This document shows, one piece after another, positions 6,363 to 8,464 of a DNA stretch of 8,464 bases (position 1 is the stretch's first letter; each line of letters starts with the position of its first letter). The DNA lies in NCBI GenBank assembly GCA_018985225.1, contig JADGIF010000445.1, forward strand, positions 1-8,464, written 5' to 3'. The notes below the pieces were generated by a model, which had not been told where the DNA came from, made no database searches, and saw nothing but the letters and a program-made list of their open reading frames with translations. This stretch comes from Amoeboradix gromovi X-113. Lineage: Eukaryota > Fungi > Sanchytriomycota. A program made the translations under genes and the position numbers.

Positions 6363-8306
6363 ATGAACAAAAATAAAAATAGAAAAAACAATAACTACAA
6401 CCCAAATAGAAGCAATACAAGAAACGATAATCGCAGTTACAGCAGCTACCAAAGCAACAGCAGTAGACTCCCAGTTCGCCAGAATGACTCTAATCCTGTT
6501 TATTATGAAGATGAACCTCAACCCCAATATCAACCTGAACACATTCAAAGACCTACAAGCCAGAGATACTATGAGGATCCTCAAAATTATCACAATTACT
6601 CTAACAACTCGTATCAAAATTACAGTAGGAACAATGACAATCCATACCGTAATAATGACAATTCATACCGTAATAATGACAATCCATACCGTAGTAATGA
6701 CAATTCATACCGTAGTAATGACAATTCATACCGTAATAATGACAATTCATACCGTAATAATGACAATTCATACCGTAATAATGACAACAGACACAACCAG
6801 CAGAACAAAAGGCTTAATAATAACTTGTACAGTAACAGATCCTATCAACCAGCTAGCAATTACCAAAGCAATAACTACCAAAGTAGTGAACCAAAAAGAA
6901 ACTATTACGAAGAGCCTCCTAGCAACTACAATGACGAAATAAAGCAAAAGCCTAAAAATGTACCCAAATTCAATAACAAACCGAAAAAATTCAAAGCTTT
7001 TAATATAAACAAAAAGCTTTCTGATAATACAGTCGTTGAGCAGCCTGAAAAAACAATAAATAACAAAAACAGCAACAAAAGATCAATCGTGACCGAATCT
7101 CCGATTTTCAAGAAGCAAAAGGTACTATTGACAGAGGCTGTTAAATGCCAGGCACTGAAAGAACAAGTTTTAGAGTCCCAGGAGTACAATCCTTTGACTG
7201 AGCTCGACGTTATCATTAAAAACGATTCCAAAGTTACACCTAAATCGCCTGAAGTAAGTCCTGTTACTATAGAGGAGTCAGCTAATGCCTTTGGTAAGAA
7301 ATATAAGCGGGAATTATGCATTGGACAGGGTAGGTATGGGCAAGTTTGGAAAGCGCATTCAACTGTAGCCATGGACATCAAAATAGCTCTAAAACGGACT
7401 AGTAGGAACAATGGGCAGATTCCTACTACAACAATCAGAGAAGCCAAGTTCCTTATGCAATTAGACAATATAAATATCTGCAAGCAGCACGAGATTGGGG
7501 CTGGTACTAGCTCTATCTATACTGTGTTGGATTACTGTAACTTTGATCTAGTTGGTCTTGTTCACGTTATGGGAGGTGATATGGATAGCAATGTAATTAA
7601 AAATCTAGCGCACCAGTTACTTAAGGGAATCTCTTACCTCCATTCAAAGGACATAATTCATCGAGTAATCGGATCATTAATTTAGGATTTGAAGATGTCC
7701 AATATCCTGGTGAGCTCCAGTGGTATATTAAAAATAGCAGATTTTGGATTAGCAAAAGTTATTAGGAGACAAGTGGAGAATGTGATAGAGGTAGAGGAAA
7801 TTAATGCCACAAATCGAATAGTGACGCTTTGGACTCGAGCACCAGAGCTGGTGTTGGGCACTACACAGTATGGGTGCGAAATAGATATGTGGTCTGTTGG
7901 ATGTATCCTATATGAACTGTTGTGTAAAATAGGTCCATTTTATGGTGCAAATGAATTGGTTATAACTGCTCATTTTAGAGACTTCTTTCCGCTAAGTGAT
8001 ATAGAGTATTTGATGTCAAAAGAATATCCCTGGTCCTTCATGCTTTATTCTTGTACACATTTACAGGATAACGGACGTAGATTGAGAAAAGAGAATGAAC
8101 TTAACAGTCTAAATGAGGTTGAAAAGGAGCTGATATTGGGGATGTTGAGCATTAATGAAAAACAGAGATTCACTGCTAAAAAGTGTTTAAAACATGAATT
8201 CTTTAGTTTGCTACCAGACATAACAGCTTTTGATGATGCTCTAGATTTCCATGAACAGCGAGTGAAATCAGAGAGAAACAAAGCTAGAAAGAAAAAAATA
8301 GAATGA
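6363..8306 (+). CDS. Cyclin-dependent kinase, Ctk1/CDK12-13 (CTD kinase)-like, divergent; two exons 6363-7664 and 7686-8306, 640 aa spliced
   Basis: GQGRYG glycine loop, IALKR, PTTTIRE (PITAIRE-like), HR|DLKMSNIL restored by removing 7665-7685, DFGLAK, TNRIVTLW-RAPE, IDMWSVGC, and a C-terminal DFHE plus polybasic tail as in Ctk1/CDK12/13. Long N/Y/Q/R low-complexity N-terminus. CDK call is firm; subfamily less so (HRDLKMSN also recalls CDK10/11). Confidence 0.88.
6630..6788 (+). repeat. Coding minisatellite, 21-bp unit x about 7.5, encoding (N/S)NDN(S/P)YR heptads
   Basis: Unit A(A/G)TAATGACAAT(T/C)CATACCGT with seven full copies at 6630-6776 (first copy begins AAC) and a partial copy at 6777-6788, in frame within the kinase. 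Confidence 0.97.
7665..7685 (+). other. 21-nt spliceosomal intron (GT-AG, phase 0)
   Basis: GTAATCGGATCATTAATTTAG lies exactly between CAT CGA (HR) and GAT TTG AAG (DLK). It has a GTAA donor, a TTAAT branch-like motif adjacent to the TAG acceptor, and the acceptor TAG is an in-frame stop if unspliced. Confidence 0.9.
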
Positions 8307-8403
8307 GATTAAAAATTAAAGAAAGTCTTTGATAGCAAATAGTGCTAGAACATTATCAGAACGGACAAAGCTCACAATCAACTATTAACTGAATAAATTG
8401 TTG

Positions 8404-8464
8404 ATCACAATTGCACGGATTCTATGCTTCCAAAATTATTTTTCGCTATTGTAGTAATTCAAGA
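8404..8464 (+). repeat. Dispersed direct repeat, copy 2 (runs off the window end)
   Basis: 60/61 identical to 2847-2907; left flanks are unrelated and the right boundary lies outside the window. Confidence 0.95.

Noticed and set aside
6337-6420. 28-aa hydrophobic extension of SUV3 (MYCFYLG...)
   Set aside because: No ATG start; mostly the antisense of the kinase's Asn/Lys-rich start.
6630-6788. CRISPR-like appearance of the regular repeat
   Set aside because: Head-to-tail units with no unique spacers, in frame within a eukaryotic gene.
6484-6942. Alternative-frame and antisense ORFs over the minisatellite (6484-6942 +, 6620-6808 -, 6351-6617 -)
   Set aside because: By-products of a stop-free repeat unit and biased composition inside the kinase.
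7683-7685. TAG reassignment or readthrough as the explanation for the split kinase
   Set aside because: Readthrough would leave 7 extra residues inside HRD; TAG ends SUV3, and no internal TAG/TAA occurs in the other genes.

Overview
AT-rich window from a very compact eukaryotic, most likely fungal or fungal-like, nuclear genome using the standard code (TAA, TAG and TGA all end genes). It holds five protein genes: a mitochondrial carnitine/acylcarnitine carrier (+), an orphan ORF with possibly two winged-helix/LOTUS-like units (+), a CtIP/Ctp1/Sae2-family DNA end-resection factor (-), an N-terminally trimmed SUV3 RNA helicase (-), and a divergent Ctk1/CDK12-type CTD kinase (+). The most striking signals are: (1) a 21-nt GT-AG intron splitting the kinase HRD catalytic motif; (2) gene spacing of only 26 bp (SUV3/CDK head-to-head) and 29 bp (carrier/orphan); (3) a 21-bp minisatellite encoding Tyr-containing heptads in the kinase N-terminus; and (4) three related repeat fragments (about 10-300 minus, about 2847-3210 plus, 8404-8464 plus) that look like remains of one DDE-type transposase family and separate the gene blocks. 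All family calls come from motif recognition by eye; no searches were run.
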